A stretch of DNA of 64,000 bases from an uncultured delta proteobacterium (lineage in GTDB: Bacteria; Myxococcota_A; Polyangia; Fen-1088): assembly GCA_963737265.1 (NCBI GenBank), contig CAVTRY010000013.1, positions 256,001 through 320,000 of the forward strand, in the 5' to 3' direction. The translations under genes were made by a program, and so were the position numbers. Of the stretch, positions 1-11,001 are shown piece after piece. The notes below the pieces were generated by a model that saw only the letters and a program-made list of their open reading frames with translations, had not been told where the DNA came from and ran no database searches. Each line of letters begins with the position of its first letter. The stretch's first letter is position 1.

Positions 1-72
1 CGCGGCGATGCCGAGAGCGGATCCATTTGCGAAGCGTGCGGTCGTTCGAGATACGGGTCCTAACAGTGCCAT
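1..72 (-). CDS. N-terminus of a gene running off the left edge of the window (MALLGPVSRTTARFANGSALGIAA...)
   Basis: ATG at 72-70 with an AGGAGA RBS (84-79) just upstream; frame open to the window edge. Confidence 0.45.
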   Translation of the reverse strand, partial: MALLGPVSRTTARFANGSALGIAA

Positions 73-176
73 GCGGTTTCTCCTGCGCGATGAGGTGAAC
101 CAGAGGATCGACCCTAATCCGGCGCAATAGGATTACTGAGCCTGAAGTATCGCCCTTCTTTGGGACGCGTAACTGA

Positions 177-1622
177 CTAGAATGGCGCCTTCACAGCGCG
201 ATTCGTGTACAGCCAGTCTTTGACGAAGCCACCCATGTTGTCCTGCCCGGTCATGAGAACCCAGCTACCGTTGGCGCCGTCCGTGAACATCTTGGGCAAC
301 CAACTGTCGCTGGCGCACCAACCGGTCCAACTGCCACCCATGGCCTCTAGCCATGTCAGCATGGGTTGCCCGTAGGACCCGATGAGGTTGGTGTTTTCTC
401 CCGGCTGGTTTGGATCGTGATCGAAGCCCCACTCGGTCATGACGACCGGGTTGACTGCCGCGCATTTCTCCACCTGGGACCGGTTCCCCGCGCTTCCGTA
501 GTGCTGCGCATACATGTGCACGGTATAGACGATGTTGCCGCCAGTCAGCGGATTGGTGGCCGCGTCCCCCATGGTCTGGTCCCAGGCCGGGCTACCGGCG
601 AAAATGAGATTCTTGGGTGCGGCAGCGCGAATCAGATCGACCCAGGCTTGCATGGTGGGCTTATACGTGCCCCAGCTGTCCATCACCGATGATTCATTGA
701 ACACTTCATAGATGACGTTGGGGTAGTCCTTGAACATCGGGGCAACGATCGTCCAGAAGGACTTCACATTGGCGTCATTCGAGTAGGGGTTGTCCACGTA
801 GTGGAGGTCCACGATGGCGTAGAGGCCCTTGGTCGTGGCGTAATCCACGGTCGGCTTCAAGAGGGTGTTGATTTGCGGGTTCGGGTTGGGCGTGTCGACT
901 GGAATACGTAGCAACTTCGTGTACCAACCCGGCGAGGTTCCCTGGGTATCGTTCGTGTTGGTGAGGTAATCGATGGCGCCGTGGAGTCCGAGCTTGTTGC
1001 CGTTTTGCGTGCCGAGGCCCGCGAGCGACACGCCCCGCAAAATCACCTGCTGACCCGTGGCTTCCACTTGGATCTGGTTGCCTACCACCTTCAGCCAGGG
1101 CAAAGAACCGGTGGCGGCGCCGCTGCCTGTCGCTCCACCGGAGCCTGTGTTCCCGCCAGTACCTGTCGCGCCACCGCTGCTCGCCGCTCCACCGCTGCCA
1201 ACGGCGCCGCCGGCACCCGTCGCTCCACCGGTGCTCGTCGCGCCACCACTGCCGGTGGCAGCGCCACCGCTGCTCGCCGCTCCACCGCTGCCAACGGCGC
1301 CGCCGGAGGTTGTCGCTCCGCCGGTGCTCGTCGCGCCACCCCTGCCGGTGACAGCGCCACCGCTGTTCGTCGCACCACCGCTGCCGGTGGCGCCGCCGGA
1401 GGTTGTCGCTCCGCCGGTGCTCGTCGCGCCACCCCTGCCGGCGCCGGCACCTCCGCTGTTCGTCGCGCCGCCGCTGCCTGCGCTAGCTCCGCCGGTGCCC
1501 ATCGCGCCGCCGCTGCCTACGGTCGAATCTTTGGACACGCTTTGTGAGGCAGAGCACCCAGCACCAAGGATGGCGAGCAAAGCAGTCAGGAGCGCAGAAG
1601 GGAAAAATGAGCGTGGATACAT
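177..1622 (-). CDS. Glycoside hydrolase family 5 (cellulase-like) lipoprotein with Gly/Ser/Thr-rich linker
   Basis: Lipobox-like LGAGC after a hydrophobic stretch; GH5 motifs IVDLH, YEVFNES (acid/base), VYTVHMY, VMTEWG (nucleophile); GGAGG RBS before ATG 1622. Confidence 0.88.
   Translation of the reverse strand: MYPRSFFPSALLTALLAILGAGCSASQSVSKDSTVGSGGAMGTGGASAGSGGATNSGGAGAGRGGATSTGGATTSGGATGSGGATNSGGAVTGRGGATSTGGATTSGGAVGSGGAASSGGAATGSGGATSTGGATGAGGAVGSGGAASSGGATGTGGNTGSGGATGSGAATGSLPWLKVVGNQIQVEATGQQVILRGVSLAGLGTQNGNKLGLHGAIDYLTNTNDTQGTSPGWYTKLLRIPVDTPNPNPQINTLLKPTVDYATTKGLYAIVDLHYVDNPYSNDANVKSFWTIVAPMFKDYPNVIYEVFNESSVMDSWGTYKPTMQAWVDLIRAAAPKNLIFAGSPAWDQTMGDAATNPLTGGNIVYTVHMYAQHYGSAGNRSQVEKCAAVNPVVMTEWGFDHDPNQPGENTNLIGSYGQPMLTWLEAMGGSWTGWCASDSWLPKMFTDGANGSWVLMTGQDNMGGFVKDWLYTNRAVKAPF
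1165..1480. repeat. ~93-bp period tandem repeat encoding the GGATSTGGA-type linker of the GH5
   Basis: ccggtgctcgtcgcgccacc recurs at 1228, 1321 and 1414. Confidence 0.85.
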
Positions 1623-2031
1623 CGTCGGAGCCTCCAATTTTTCGTATGTGCCAAGCAAACGCCCCGCGATCGAGGCATCACGCACTTGCCCGCGCATCTC
1701 AAGGCCTTTGAGACAACGAGGCGTACGATGTAATGTCTATCCAGAAGCTAGAGCTTCAATCGTGCTTCGGCAAGAGCAAGATCCATAGGACGCTAGAGAA
1801 CCACATGAAGTGGGGGTTGGGGAAGTGCAGGAGATGCAAGGATTTGAGCTGGGTTACGGCCGGGTGGCATCTTCAGGAAACCCCGTCAGGCCCCAGAAAC
1901 CCGGTCAAGTGCGCTGCGCAGACGTGATCGGGGCCGACCTGATGCGGTCCGGCAGGGTTCTCCGACGCTCAAAAAAAGGACATCAAAATGACCATCGACA
2001 ACGACCTGAACACCAGAAAGGGATTTCGCCC

Positions 2032-3354
2032 ATGAAGACCACTCTTTTGCTGGCCTGCGGTTCGCTCTGGTCCTTCATCCTGGTTCTACCATCCGCGCAA
2101 GCCATTGCGGCGGACGGCTGGGGCGCGAGCTGGAGCTTCGGGCCGGTTCATCCGACCACCACCAACCACATCATCTATACCAAGACGACAATGGTACCGG
2201 GTCGCTTGCCGGTCTCGTACTGGTCCTCGTCGAGCGTAGGCCCGCTATTCCTATGGCCGGGCATGTCCAACCCCACGAGCGACCTCGTCCAGACCACCAT
2301 GGATGCTTGGTCGGGTTCAACGAACAGCAGCTATTGCAGAGGCAATGGCAGCCAGTGGTGTGTGGAAGCGTCGGTCTTCGGCAGCTTCGGACAGCGCAAC
2401 GGTCCAACCGTTGCCATCGACCCTGATGACCACGTCACTATCGAGTACAGGCTGGGGTCGGACAACAACACGTGGACCCAGACAGTGACATCCCAGAAGC
2501 TGGGCAAGGTGGTGTCGACGCTAACGAGCACCAGCGGCCTCATGCTGGGTGGTGGCTTCGGCTTCGCCACGGAGGCCGACGCTGATTCGTTCACCGTCGA
2601 CACCGCGTACTACCTGTGCACCGAGATACACCTGGCAGCGGCCGACCCGGCCTTCGGTGCAACTGGCGCGGGTGGCGTCGGCGCAAATCACGGCGCAACT
2701 GGCACGGGTTCCGGCATCGGCACCGCCAAGAACCTCCGCACTCCAGACAACGGCCTCACGTGGCTGGTGGATCTCATCACGCTGCCCGCGATGAACCCGC
2801 AAGGCACGCAGACCCCCTCGCCGACCTATAACTGCTCCGGAAGCGGCGGCAGTGGCGGCAGCGGTGGCAGCACTGGCAGCGGCGGCAACATCGGCAGCGG
2901 CGGCAGCGGCGGCAGCGCCCGGGTTGACGGTGGTGCCGGCCCTGGCGGCAGTACGCGCAGCGACGGCAGCGTCAGCTCCGGCGGCAGCATCGGTAGGGGT
3001 GGGACGGTGGTGGCGGGAATGACTGGGACCAACGGGGGCGTGGTCGGGTCGGGAGGAAGTGTGGCCGCTGGAAGTGGCGGCGTAACGGGCGAGGGGGGCC
3101 TCAAGGGGACAGCCGGTGCCAACGAAGGATCTGGCGGCAGCGTGGTGGCCGTAAGCGGAGGTATCTCCTCGGGGGGCACCGGCACAGGTGGCACAACCGG
3201 ACCGAGTTCGACCGGCGGATCGGCAGGTACCACGGTCGGCTCCTCGGGCTGTGGCTGCGTCGTTGGCTCGCGATCCCCACGCGGCGGGATGTCGACCCTC
3301 TTGCTGTTGGGAGCGCTCACTCTGCTTGCAAGACGGCGCCGAAACCGCACCTGA
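2032..3354 (+). CDS. Secreted protein with Gly-rich linker and MYXO-CTERM sorting signal
   Basis: Signal peptide MKTTLLLACG...AQA; C-terminal SSGCGCVVG + hydrophobic helix + RRRR. Confidence 0.85.
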   Translation: MKTTLLLACGSLWSFILVLPSAQAIAADGWGASWSFGPVHPTTTNHIIYTKTTMVPGRLPVSYWSSSSVGPLFLWPGMSNPTSDLVQTTMDAWSGSTNSSYCRGNGSQWCVEASVFGSFGQRNGPTVAIDPDDHVTIEYRLGSDNNTWTQTVTSQKLGKVVSTLTSTSGLMLGGGFGFATEADADSFTVDTAYYLCTEIHLAAADPAFGATGAGGVGANHGATGTGSGIGTAKNLRTPDNGLTWLVDLITLPAMNPQGTQTPSPTYNCSGSGGSGGSGGSTGSGGNIGSGGSGGSARVDGGAGPGGSTRSDGSVSSGGSIGRGGTVVAGMTGTNGGVVGSGGSVAAGSGGVTGEGGLKGTAGANEGSGGSVVAVSGGISSGGTGTGGTTGPSSTGGSAGTTVGSSGCGCVVGSRSPRGGMSTLLLLGALTLLARRRRNRT

Positions 3355-3565
3355 GGTCCACCCCAACCCTGAAGAGGTGTCCCAAAATCGTTGGCGACGG
3401 GACCGCCAGGTGGTGATGTGGCAGCCGCTTGCCGTCCGCCCACCAGCCCATTGTCATTCACCAGGCGCGCTCGACGCCGTCGACTTGCAGCTCTCCGGCC
3501 CCAGAACCTTGCCTGGGACGAATCCTTTCGGCCGAGACCGGCTCCCAGCAGTGTGCGAATCCTAC

Positions 3566-4902
3566 ATGTCATTGAAAATCGGACACGCCTCGGCCTCCAC
3601 GGTTGGGCACTCACCGCGGCGGTTCTCTCACTGCCATCTCTAGCCACCGCAGCGCCCTTCACTATTGAAGATGCCATCCGCGCGACCTGGAAACAGAATC
3701 CAGCCATCACCAGCAGTGGCGAGATGGTTGCCGCGGCCAGGGCTGATGCCGAGGGTGCACGAGACGGACGTTTGCCAAGCATCCTTCTTTCGGCGAAAGC
3801 TGTCGCGACCAACGAGCCGATGTCGGCGTTTGGCCTCAAGCTGGACGAACAGAGGATCACGGCCGCCGATTTCGATCCCAACCGGTTGAATGCTCCTGCC
3901 AGCGTGGGTGGCGTTGGGCTGGGTGCCACCGTGATGCAGCCGCTTTACATGGGCGGCCGTCTGACTGCCGCCCGTCACGCTGCCTCGGCGCAAGCCGAAG
4001 CCGAAACCTGCTCGCACGAGCGACGCATGCAGGAGATGGCGCTGCAGGTGGTTCAAGCCTACTTTGGCGCCCAGGTTGCGGCCGAGGGGCTCAAGTTCGC
4101 GGAGGATGTGCTGGCGCAGGCACGCGAGACTGAAAGCTTCACCCGTTCTCGAAATCAACAAGGGCTTGCGCTCGATGCTGATGTCGCCCGCGCAACCGCA
4201 TTCCGCGCGCAAGCCGAGGCGGAGAGCAGCGTCGCCAAGCAACGCCTGGATTCTGCGCGCGCAATGCTCGTGTTGTTGGCGGGCGAGCAAGCCGCGACAG
4301 GTGACCTAGGTTCACCGCTTGTCGTAGCAGAAGTTTCCGTGAATCCTGAAAACACCAGCCATCAACGAGCCGACCTCAAGGCCGCCGAGCTTCGTGCCGA
4401 GGCCGCGCGCGCCATGGTTGTAGCCATGCGTGGAAGCATGCTTCCCGAGGTGATGGCCCAGGCCACGCTGGAGACCATGCGCTCAGATTTCACTCAAGGA
4501 GCAACCTGGTACAGCCTGGGCCTGGTCGCCCGCTGGAGGTTGTCCGTCACAGACCTGCGAACGACCAACGCGGCCTCGCTGCGCGCAAGCGCCGCGGAAG
4601 ATTCTCGACGATGGCAAGATCGGAAGGCAACCTTTGAAGTCGACGAAGCCCAACGCGCCTTGCAGTCGGCGCGATCGCGGGGACAGTCCGCGCTCGAAGC
4701 TGAGGCCGCCTCTGAGTCCGCGCGCACCCTGCGCATGGCACGCCATCGTCAGGGGCTACTGCCACTGACCGAAGTTCTCGACGCCGAAGCCGGCCTTGCC
4801 GGTGCACGGACGCTTTTACTCAGCAGCGAGTACGACGCCCGAGTCGCCGCAGCCCAGCTTCAATTCGCATTCGGCAAACCCATCGAAGGAGTACGACCAT
4901 GA
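3566..4902 (+). CDS. TolC-family outer membrane efflux protein (start uncertain; possible 1-nt frameshift near 3589)
   Basis: OEP-type motifs (TIEDAI..NP, QPLYMGG, GLLPLTEVLDAE); upstream of MFP and RND genes; ATG 3566 is out of frame with the signal peptide WALTAAVLSLPSLATA. Confidence 0.8.
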
Positions 4903-5903
4903 TCCGTTCATCACGCATCGGCGCGACCATCGCGCTTGCCATCACCCTTGGCCAAGGAAATCCGGCTCGGGCCGAGCCGCATCCGGTGACCGTGCACCTC
5001 GCGACCGCCGCGACCGATAGCACCGTGCCACTTTATGCCGCCACCCTAGCGCCCGTGCACCGAGCAACGGTTTCCACGCGTCTGGCGGCAACGGTCCAAA
5101 GGGTGCTCGTGGCTGAGGGCACGCACGTGAAGCACGGGCAGCTCCTGGTGACGCTGTCGAATGACGAGGTTCAGGCCCAAGTAGCGGCGTCTTCCACAGC
5201 CCTTGCAAACGCTACGGCCTACGAGCGGCGCATATCAGAGTTGACGAGCCAGCGCGCCGCCACGCCGGTCGAGCTGGAATCGGCCCAGGCCCAACGCGCG
5301 CAGGCCGCCGCCGCGCTCGCTGGCACGCGAGCCAGTCTCGCTTACACACAGCTAAGGGCGCCATTCGACGGAGTCGTGCAGGCCCGCCGGGTCAGCGCTG
5401 GTGATTTTGTCGGTCCAGGACAGCCGCTCATCGAGATCGAGGGGGCTGCACTCGAAGTACAGGCGACACTGTCCGAAGAAGAGGCTGGATCTCTCCATAT
5501 CGGGCAGAAGATCAAATTCGAGGCCGACGGCCGGCACGGCGAGGCAGAGATCACCGCTCTCACTCCCGGCGGTGATGCGCTTTCGCATCGCCGAGCGCTG
5601 CGCGCCAGGGTCACCGACCGGGTATCCGAATTCCGCTCGGGCGCGTTCGTCCGCATGCAGATCCCGGGCGGCGTCCAGCCAACGCAGCGAAGGGTTCCCA
5701 AGAGTGCTCTCGTCCAGCGCGGCGACTTGACCGGCGTGTTCGTGGCCGAGAATGGCCACGCCCGTTTGCGCTGGTTGTCTCTGGGCGAGACGTCGAGCAA
5801 CGATGTCGTCGTGCGCGCCGGCCTATCTCCGAGCGAGTCGATCATTGATGCGCCCGGCAGCCTGCGTGATGAGCAAGCGGTGGAGATCGTCAATGCCCGC
5901 TGA
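4899..5903 (+). CDS. RND efflux periplasmic adaptor (membrane fusion protein)
   Basis: Lipoyl-like halves (VAEGTHVKHGQLL; LRAPFDGVV..GDFVGPGQPL); ATGA overlap with the TolC-family gene. Confidence 0.92.
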   Translation: MIRSSRIGATIALAITLGQGNPARAEPHPVTVHLATAATDSTVPLYAATLAPVHRATVSTRLAATVQRVLVAEGTHVKHGQLLVTLSNDEVQAQVAASSTALANATAYERRISELTSQRAATPVELESAQAQRAQAAAALAGTRASLAYTQLRAPFDGVVQARRVSAGDFVGPGQPLIEIEGAALEVQATLSEEEAGSLHIGQKIKFEADGRHGEAEITALTPGGDALSHRRALRARVTDRVSEFRSGAFVRMQIPGGVQPTQRRVPKSALVQRGDLTGVFVAENGHARLRWLSLGETSSNDVVVRAGLSPSESIIDAPGSLRDEQAVEIVNAR

Positions 5904-6086
5904 ACGAGAGATAGGCTTTGCCCAGGGCCATCGCATCATCCTACATCGACGCAGGATCCATCAGAGTCTCGGCCATTTCTGGAAGGTTTTCCCCTGGGGT
6001 CGGTGCGCGCGCCGGTGTGCAGGCAGGTTCGGCAGCGCGCACGGGCGCGGAGACCGGCATAACTATCGGCATCTCCGCAAGATCAC

Positions 6087-6407
6087 TTACAATTTAGATG
6101 CGTTGGCCCTGCCGACGATGTCGAGAGGGCTTCGTCCCAGCTCGTGCCCCTCTCTGTCCCAAAGCATGAGAGCGAGGGCATCCGTTTCCAGGTTCTTCAC
6201 AATGGCCAGGATCTTGCCCCCGGGCAAGGGATAGACCGGCGGTATGAACTCGCCTTGCACCTGCCAGCTTGCCTGCCATCCCGTGAGCTGCAGTCGTTGG
6301 CTCAGACCACGCACCGTCACACGGTTTTCTTCAGCACGAACATTGTACGTCATGATGAGTCCAGCAAATACGAGTCCAGCGAATACGAGGATCGCACACA
6401 GGGTCAT
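6087..6407 (-). CDS. Passenger ORF (106 aa, N-terminal signal/TM segment), probably a captured gene fragment
   Basis: MTLCAILVFAGLVFAGLIMTYNVRAEE...; ATG lies inside the IS left IR, stop inside the mini-IS. Confidence 0.45.
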   Translation of the reverse strand: MTLCAILVFAGLVFAGLIMTYNVRAEENRVTVRGLSQRLQLTGWQASWQVQGEFIPPVYPLPGGKILAIVKNLETDALALMLWDREGHELGRSPLDIVGRANASKL

Positions 6408-6503
6408 CGCATCTAAATCCCGAACGATCTTCGTGGTATAGCCGGCGCACCAGAGAGGAACGTTTTTTGATTGAAGGGCGATATCGTGGCTTGTTCGTAA
6501 GTC

Positions 6504-7673
6504 ATGAAGCGAACAACCGTGGCGGAACGAGAAAAGGAAGAGCTGGCGGCATCGATCCTGGAGTACTTCGCGTCGGTGCCGGATCCGCGGGTGGAGCGGA
6601 CGCGGCACCACGCGCTGACGGACATCCTGATGCTATCGTTGTGTGCCGTGGTCTGTGGTGCTGACTCCTTCTGTGCTATCGAGACCTATGGGCGGGCAAG
6701 AGAAGCCTGGTTACGAACGTTTATCGGTCTGCGCGGCGGGATTCCCACACACGACACCATCGGGAGGGTGTTTGCAGCCCTGAATCCAGATGCCCTGGCT
6801 GAGAGGTTCCGGCAGTGGATCTTGAGCGTGGCGCGACTCACGAAAGGCGAGGTCGTGGCCATCGACGGCAAGACGCTGCGACGATCCTTCCAAGAGGCCG
6901 GCAGCCACGCTTTCGTCCACATGGTTAGTGCCTGGGCCACCAACAACCACGTGGTTCTTGGGCAGGTCAAGACAGAGGAGAAATCCAACGAGATCACTGC
7001 CATTCCGCGGTTGCTCAAGCTCCTGAAGATCAAGGGCTGTCTAGTAACTATCGATGCGATGGGCTGCCAGAAGCAGATCACCGCAGATATCCAGGACGCC
7101 GACGCGGATTACCTGCTCGCGGTGAAGGAGAACCAACCCACGCTCAGCGCTGAAGTGACGACAATCTTCGCGCATTGTCGTCGCGACCCGACGGGATTGG
7201 ACGTGGATTTTCACGAGACACGCGATGTTGGGCACGGACGAACCGAGGTTCGCCGGTGCTGGACCACAAACATGGTCGAGAGCATCTCCCAGTACCAGGA
7301 ATGGACGGGTCTGAGCAGCTTGGTATTGATCGAGTCCGAGCGCACGGTCTCGGGGCACACTTCAACCGAGTGCCGCTACTACATCAGTTCGCGAAAGAAC
7401 CTCCCAGCAGATGCCGCTCTCGACGCCGCTCGGAAGCACTGGGGAATCGAAAATGAATTGCACTGGGTTCTCGACGTCACTTTCCGTGAGGACGAATGCC
7501 GTGTTCGCGCCGGCAACGCCGCCCAGAACTTTGCAGTGATGCGCCACATCTCACTCAACCTCCTCAAATCAGTCAAAGACTGCAAGCTCAGCATCAGGCT
7601 TCGCCGAATGCGCGCGGCATGGGATCAGGACTTCATTCTGCAAGTCCTCATGGCCCAACCCGATGTGGGATGA
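6504..7673 (+). CDS. ISAs1 family transposase
   Basis: DPRVERTRHH, VAIDGKTLR, KSNEITAIP, TIDAMGCQ, HWGIENELHWVLDVTFRED. Confidence 0.96.
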   Translation: MKRTTVAEREKEELAASILEYFASVPDPRVERTRHHALTDILMLSLCAVVCGADSFCAIETYGRAREAWLRTFIGLRGGIPTHDTIGRVFAALNPDALAERFRQWILSVARLTKGEVVAIDGKTLRRSFQEAGSHAFVHMVSAWATNNHVVLGQVKTEEKSNEITAIPRLLKLLKIKGCLVTIDAMGCQKQITADIQDADADYLLAVKENQPTLSAEVTTIFAHCRRDPTGLDVDFHETRDVGHGRTEVRRCWTTNMVESISQYQEWTGLSSLVLIESERTVSGHTSTECRYYISSRKNLPADAALDAARKHWGIENELHWVLDVTFREDECRVRAGNAAQNFAVMRHISLNLLKSVKDCKLSIRLRRMRAAWDQDFILQVLMAQPDVG

Positions 7674-10600
7674 TGCGATGACCCTGAGGCTTTGCCGGCC
7701 GGGTCGCACAGACCTTTCTGCGCAGCAAGCTCACCCCGCTTATCGTCGTCGCCTCACTGTTGCTTGGTCTAGCGGCGGTCTTCCTCACGCCTCGTGAAGA
7801 AGAGCCACAGATCGTTGTGCCCATGGTGGACGTCATCGTGCCCATGCCTGGTGCCACGCCGGTCGAGGTGGAATCCCAACTGACGACACCGCTCGAACGC
7901 CGCATGTGGGGCTTGCCAGGCGTCGAGTACCTCTACAGCACCAGCCGCCCCGGGGCCGCCCTGCTCACGATTCGCTTCAAAGTGAACGAGCCTCTCGAAC
8001 CCAGCCTGGTGAAGGTCCATCAAGAACTGGCGGCCCACCCAGAGCTCATGCCTGCCGGTGCACTCCAGCCGGTCGTTCGTTTGCTGACCATTGACGACGT
8101 ACCGTTCTTGAACCTGACATTGCACGGTGAAGACCAGGCACCCGGTGTTCTGCGGGCTGTGGCCGACGAGGTGGCGCGCGAATTGGCCGATGTGCCGCAG
8201 ACCGCCCAGGTGCACGTACTCGGCGGCGCCCGTCGCGTGGTTCGCATCGAACCCGATCCCGAACGGCTACGAACGCTACAAGTCTCGCTTGCCGAATTGG
8301 ATCCGGCTCTGCGTGCCTCGCAGGCCCAGCTGCCCGCGGGCGCGCTGGTCGACGCCAACAGGCGGGTTGAACTGGAAGCCAAAGGTTACGCGCTGTCGGC
8401 CGCCGACTTGCGCCGCGTAGTCGTGGCCACGCGCGGAGATCGCCCGGTCTATTTGGAAGACGTGGCGCGCGTGACGGACGGTCCCGAACCCGAGCCCGCC
8501 ATCGTCGTGACGGCCAAGAAGGGGCAGTCCGGCTTCGAGCAAGCGGTGGCCATTGCCGTGGCCAAGCGGCCGGGTACCAACGCCACCGATCTGGCGACGC
8601 GCGTGCTCGGTAAGGTCGAGGCACTCAAGGGCCGGCTTATCCCCTCGTCGATCACCGTGGATGTAACCCGCAACTATGGCGAAACGGCCGGCGAGAAGTC
8701 GAACGAGCTCATCGAGCACCTCCTCATTGCCACGCTTTCCGTCATCGCGCTCATCTTGCTCGCCATGGGCTGGCGCTCGGCCGTCATCGTGGCCATCGCG
8801 GTCCCGGTCACGCTAGCGCTGACCCTGCTGCTCACGTACCTGTTCGGCTACACACTCAACCGCGTCACACTGTTCGCGCTCATCTTCTCCATCGGCATCT
8901 TGGTGGACGACGCCATTGTGGTGGTCGAGAACGTGCACCGGCATCTCTATCTGCCCGGACCCAAGCGCAGCTTCGCGCGCACGGTGATTGACGCCGTGGA
9001 CGAAGTCGGTAACCCGACCATCCTAGCCACCTTCGCCGTTGTCGCGGCCATCCTGCCGCTGGCCCTCGTGCGCGGCCTCATGGGCCCGTACATGCGGCCC
9101 ATTCCCATCGGTGCCAGCGTGGCCATGATGTTCTCGCTGGCAATTGCCTTCATCGTCAGCCCCTGGGCGGCCATGATCGTCTTTCGCAAGAAGGCACATT
9201 TGCCCGACACGGACGAGACGGGGCTACACCCCGCGGATCCAAGCTACGAGGCTCCCTCGCCAGAAACCGACGACGTCACGGCCCACCCCGAGTCGCGACC
9301 AGAGACCATTTGGACGCGCATGCACCGGACCATCACACGAGAGCTGCTGGGATCCACCGGCGCCCGCTGGGCTTTCGTGGGTGGACTGGTGGTGCTCTTG
9401 GGTGGTGCGGCAGCTTTGGTCGCGGCTGGCACGGTCAAGGTCAAGATGTTGCCCTTCGACAACAAGGCCGAGTTCCAGGTTCAGCTCGACATGCCGGCGG
9501 GAACGCCCCGCGAAGACACCTTCGTTGTCGGCCAAGCCCTGGCGCGCCGGGTGCTCGATGAGCCGGAGGCGCTCGACGTCCAGGTCTATGCAGGCGTGGC
9601 CGCGCCCTTCACCTTCGTCGGCATGGTTCGCCATAGCTTCTTCCGGGATGCGCCCGAGCAGGTCGACTTGCAGGTCAACCTGGTGCCGAAGGGCAAGCGC
9701 AAGGCGCAAAGCCACGCCATCGTCATGCGCCTGCGGCCCGCCCTGGAAGCGATTGCCAGCGCCAAGGGTGGCCGGCTCAAGTTGGTCGAGATTCCGCCGG
9801 GTCCTCCCGTGCTCGACACCCTGGTGGCGGAGGTCTACGGCCCCAGCACTGCCGAGCGCGATCGCTTGGCGCAGAGACCCTGGCCGCTTTTCACTCCACC
9901 GTGGGTGTCGTCGACATCGATTCGACCCTGAACCCGACCTCGCCCAAGATTTCCATCGAAATCGATCGAGAAAAGTCCGCCCTGCACGGGGTTGCGCCCA
10001 CCGCCGTCGTGCAGACCTTGGCCGCGGCCGGGTATGGCGCGCAACTGGGTCTATTCCACGGCGGACACGGCGCAAACCAGAATCCCCATCATCCTGCAAC
10101 TCGCACCGGCCCAGCGCAGCCGCATCGATCAACTGTTGCAGTTGACTGTTCCCGGTGTTCGCGGTCCGGTCCCACTCTCCGAACTGGTGCATACCACCGC
10201 TGGGCTCGCCGACCCCGACATCTTCCACAAGAACCTCATGCCTGTGTCCTACGTCTTCGGGGACCTGGCCGGTAGCATTGAAAGCCCGGTCTACGCCCTG
10301 GCTGCCCTCAACAAGAAGCTCGACAACCTCCGCAGCGCCTCGGGCGAAGTTGTGCCGCGCTTCGGGCTCAACCTGCCCACCGATACCGAACACTCTTCGC
10401 TCAAATGGGACGGCGAGTGGCACATCACCCTGGAAGTGTTCCGCGATCTCGGCCTCGCCTTCGCGGCGGTGCTGATTCTCATCTACGTTCTGGTCGTCGG
10501 CTGGTTCCAGAGCTTCACGGTTCCGCTGGTCATTCTGGTTCCCATCCCGCTGTCACTCATCGGAATCATTCCCGCCCACTGGGCGATGGGGAGCTTCTTC

Positions 10601-11001
10601 ACCGCGACCAGCATGATCGGCTTCATCGCCGGAGCCGGCATCATCTTACGCAACAGCATCATCTTGGTGGACTTCATCGAGCTGAAGTTGCGCGAGGGCA
10701 TGCCGCTGGCCCTGGCCGTCGAGGAAGCGGGCGTGGTCCGATTTCGCCCCATGGTGCTCACCGCGGCCGCCGTTTTGGTCGGCAGCGCAGTCATGCTGGC
10801 CGATCCCATTTTCCAGGGTTTGGCCATCGCACTCATGGCCGGCCAAGTGGCGGCGACCTTGCTGTCTCGCTTGGCCGTCCCGCTTCTTTACTTCGTGCTG
10901 GCTCGCCGCGGTCGTGCTGCCGAGTTGCAACGTGAAGGCGCCCGCAACCTGCCCACCGAACTCGCCAACATCATCCCCTTGTCTCGAACCGGGAGCACGC
11001 C

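Larger units (their letters stand above)
5923..7686. mobile_element. Composite ISAs1-family transposon: inverted mini-IS (5923-6111) + passenger (6112-6398) + complete IS (6399-7686)
   Basis: 10-bp direct repeat AGGCTTTGCC at 5913-5922 and 7687-7696; outer 26-bp IRs match 24/26; inner IR-like ends at 6092-6111 and 6399-6418. Confidence 0.9.

Noticed and set aside
1165-1480. Periodic repeats as a possible CRISPR array
   Set aside because: In-frame coding repeats with no unique spacers and no cas genes
981-3929. Pro-rich ORFs 1057-1788 and 2826-3929
   Set aside because: Reverse-complement shadows of Gly-rich linkers
9860-10080. Programmed frameshifting in the RND gene
   Set aside because: No slippery heptamer evident, and the gene is already disrupted by the transposon
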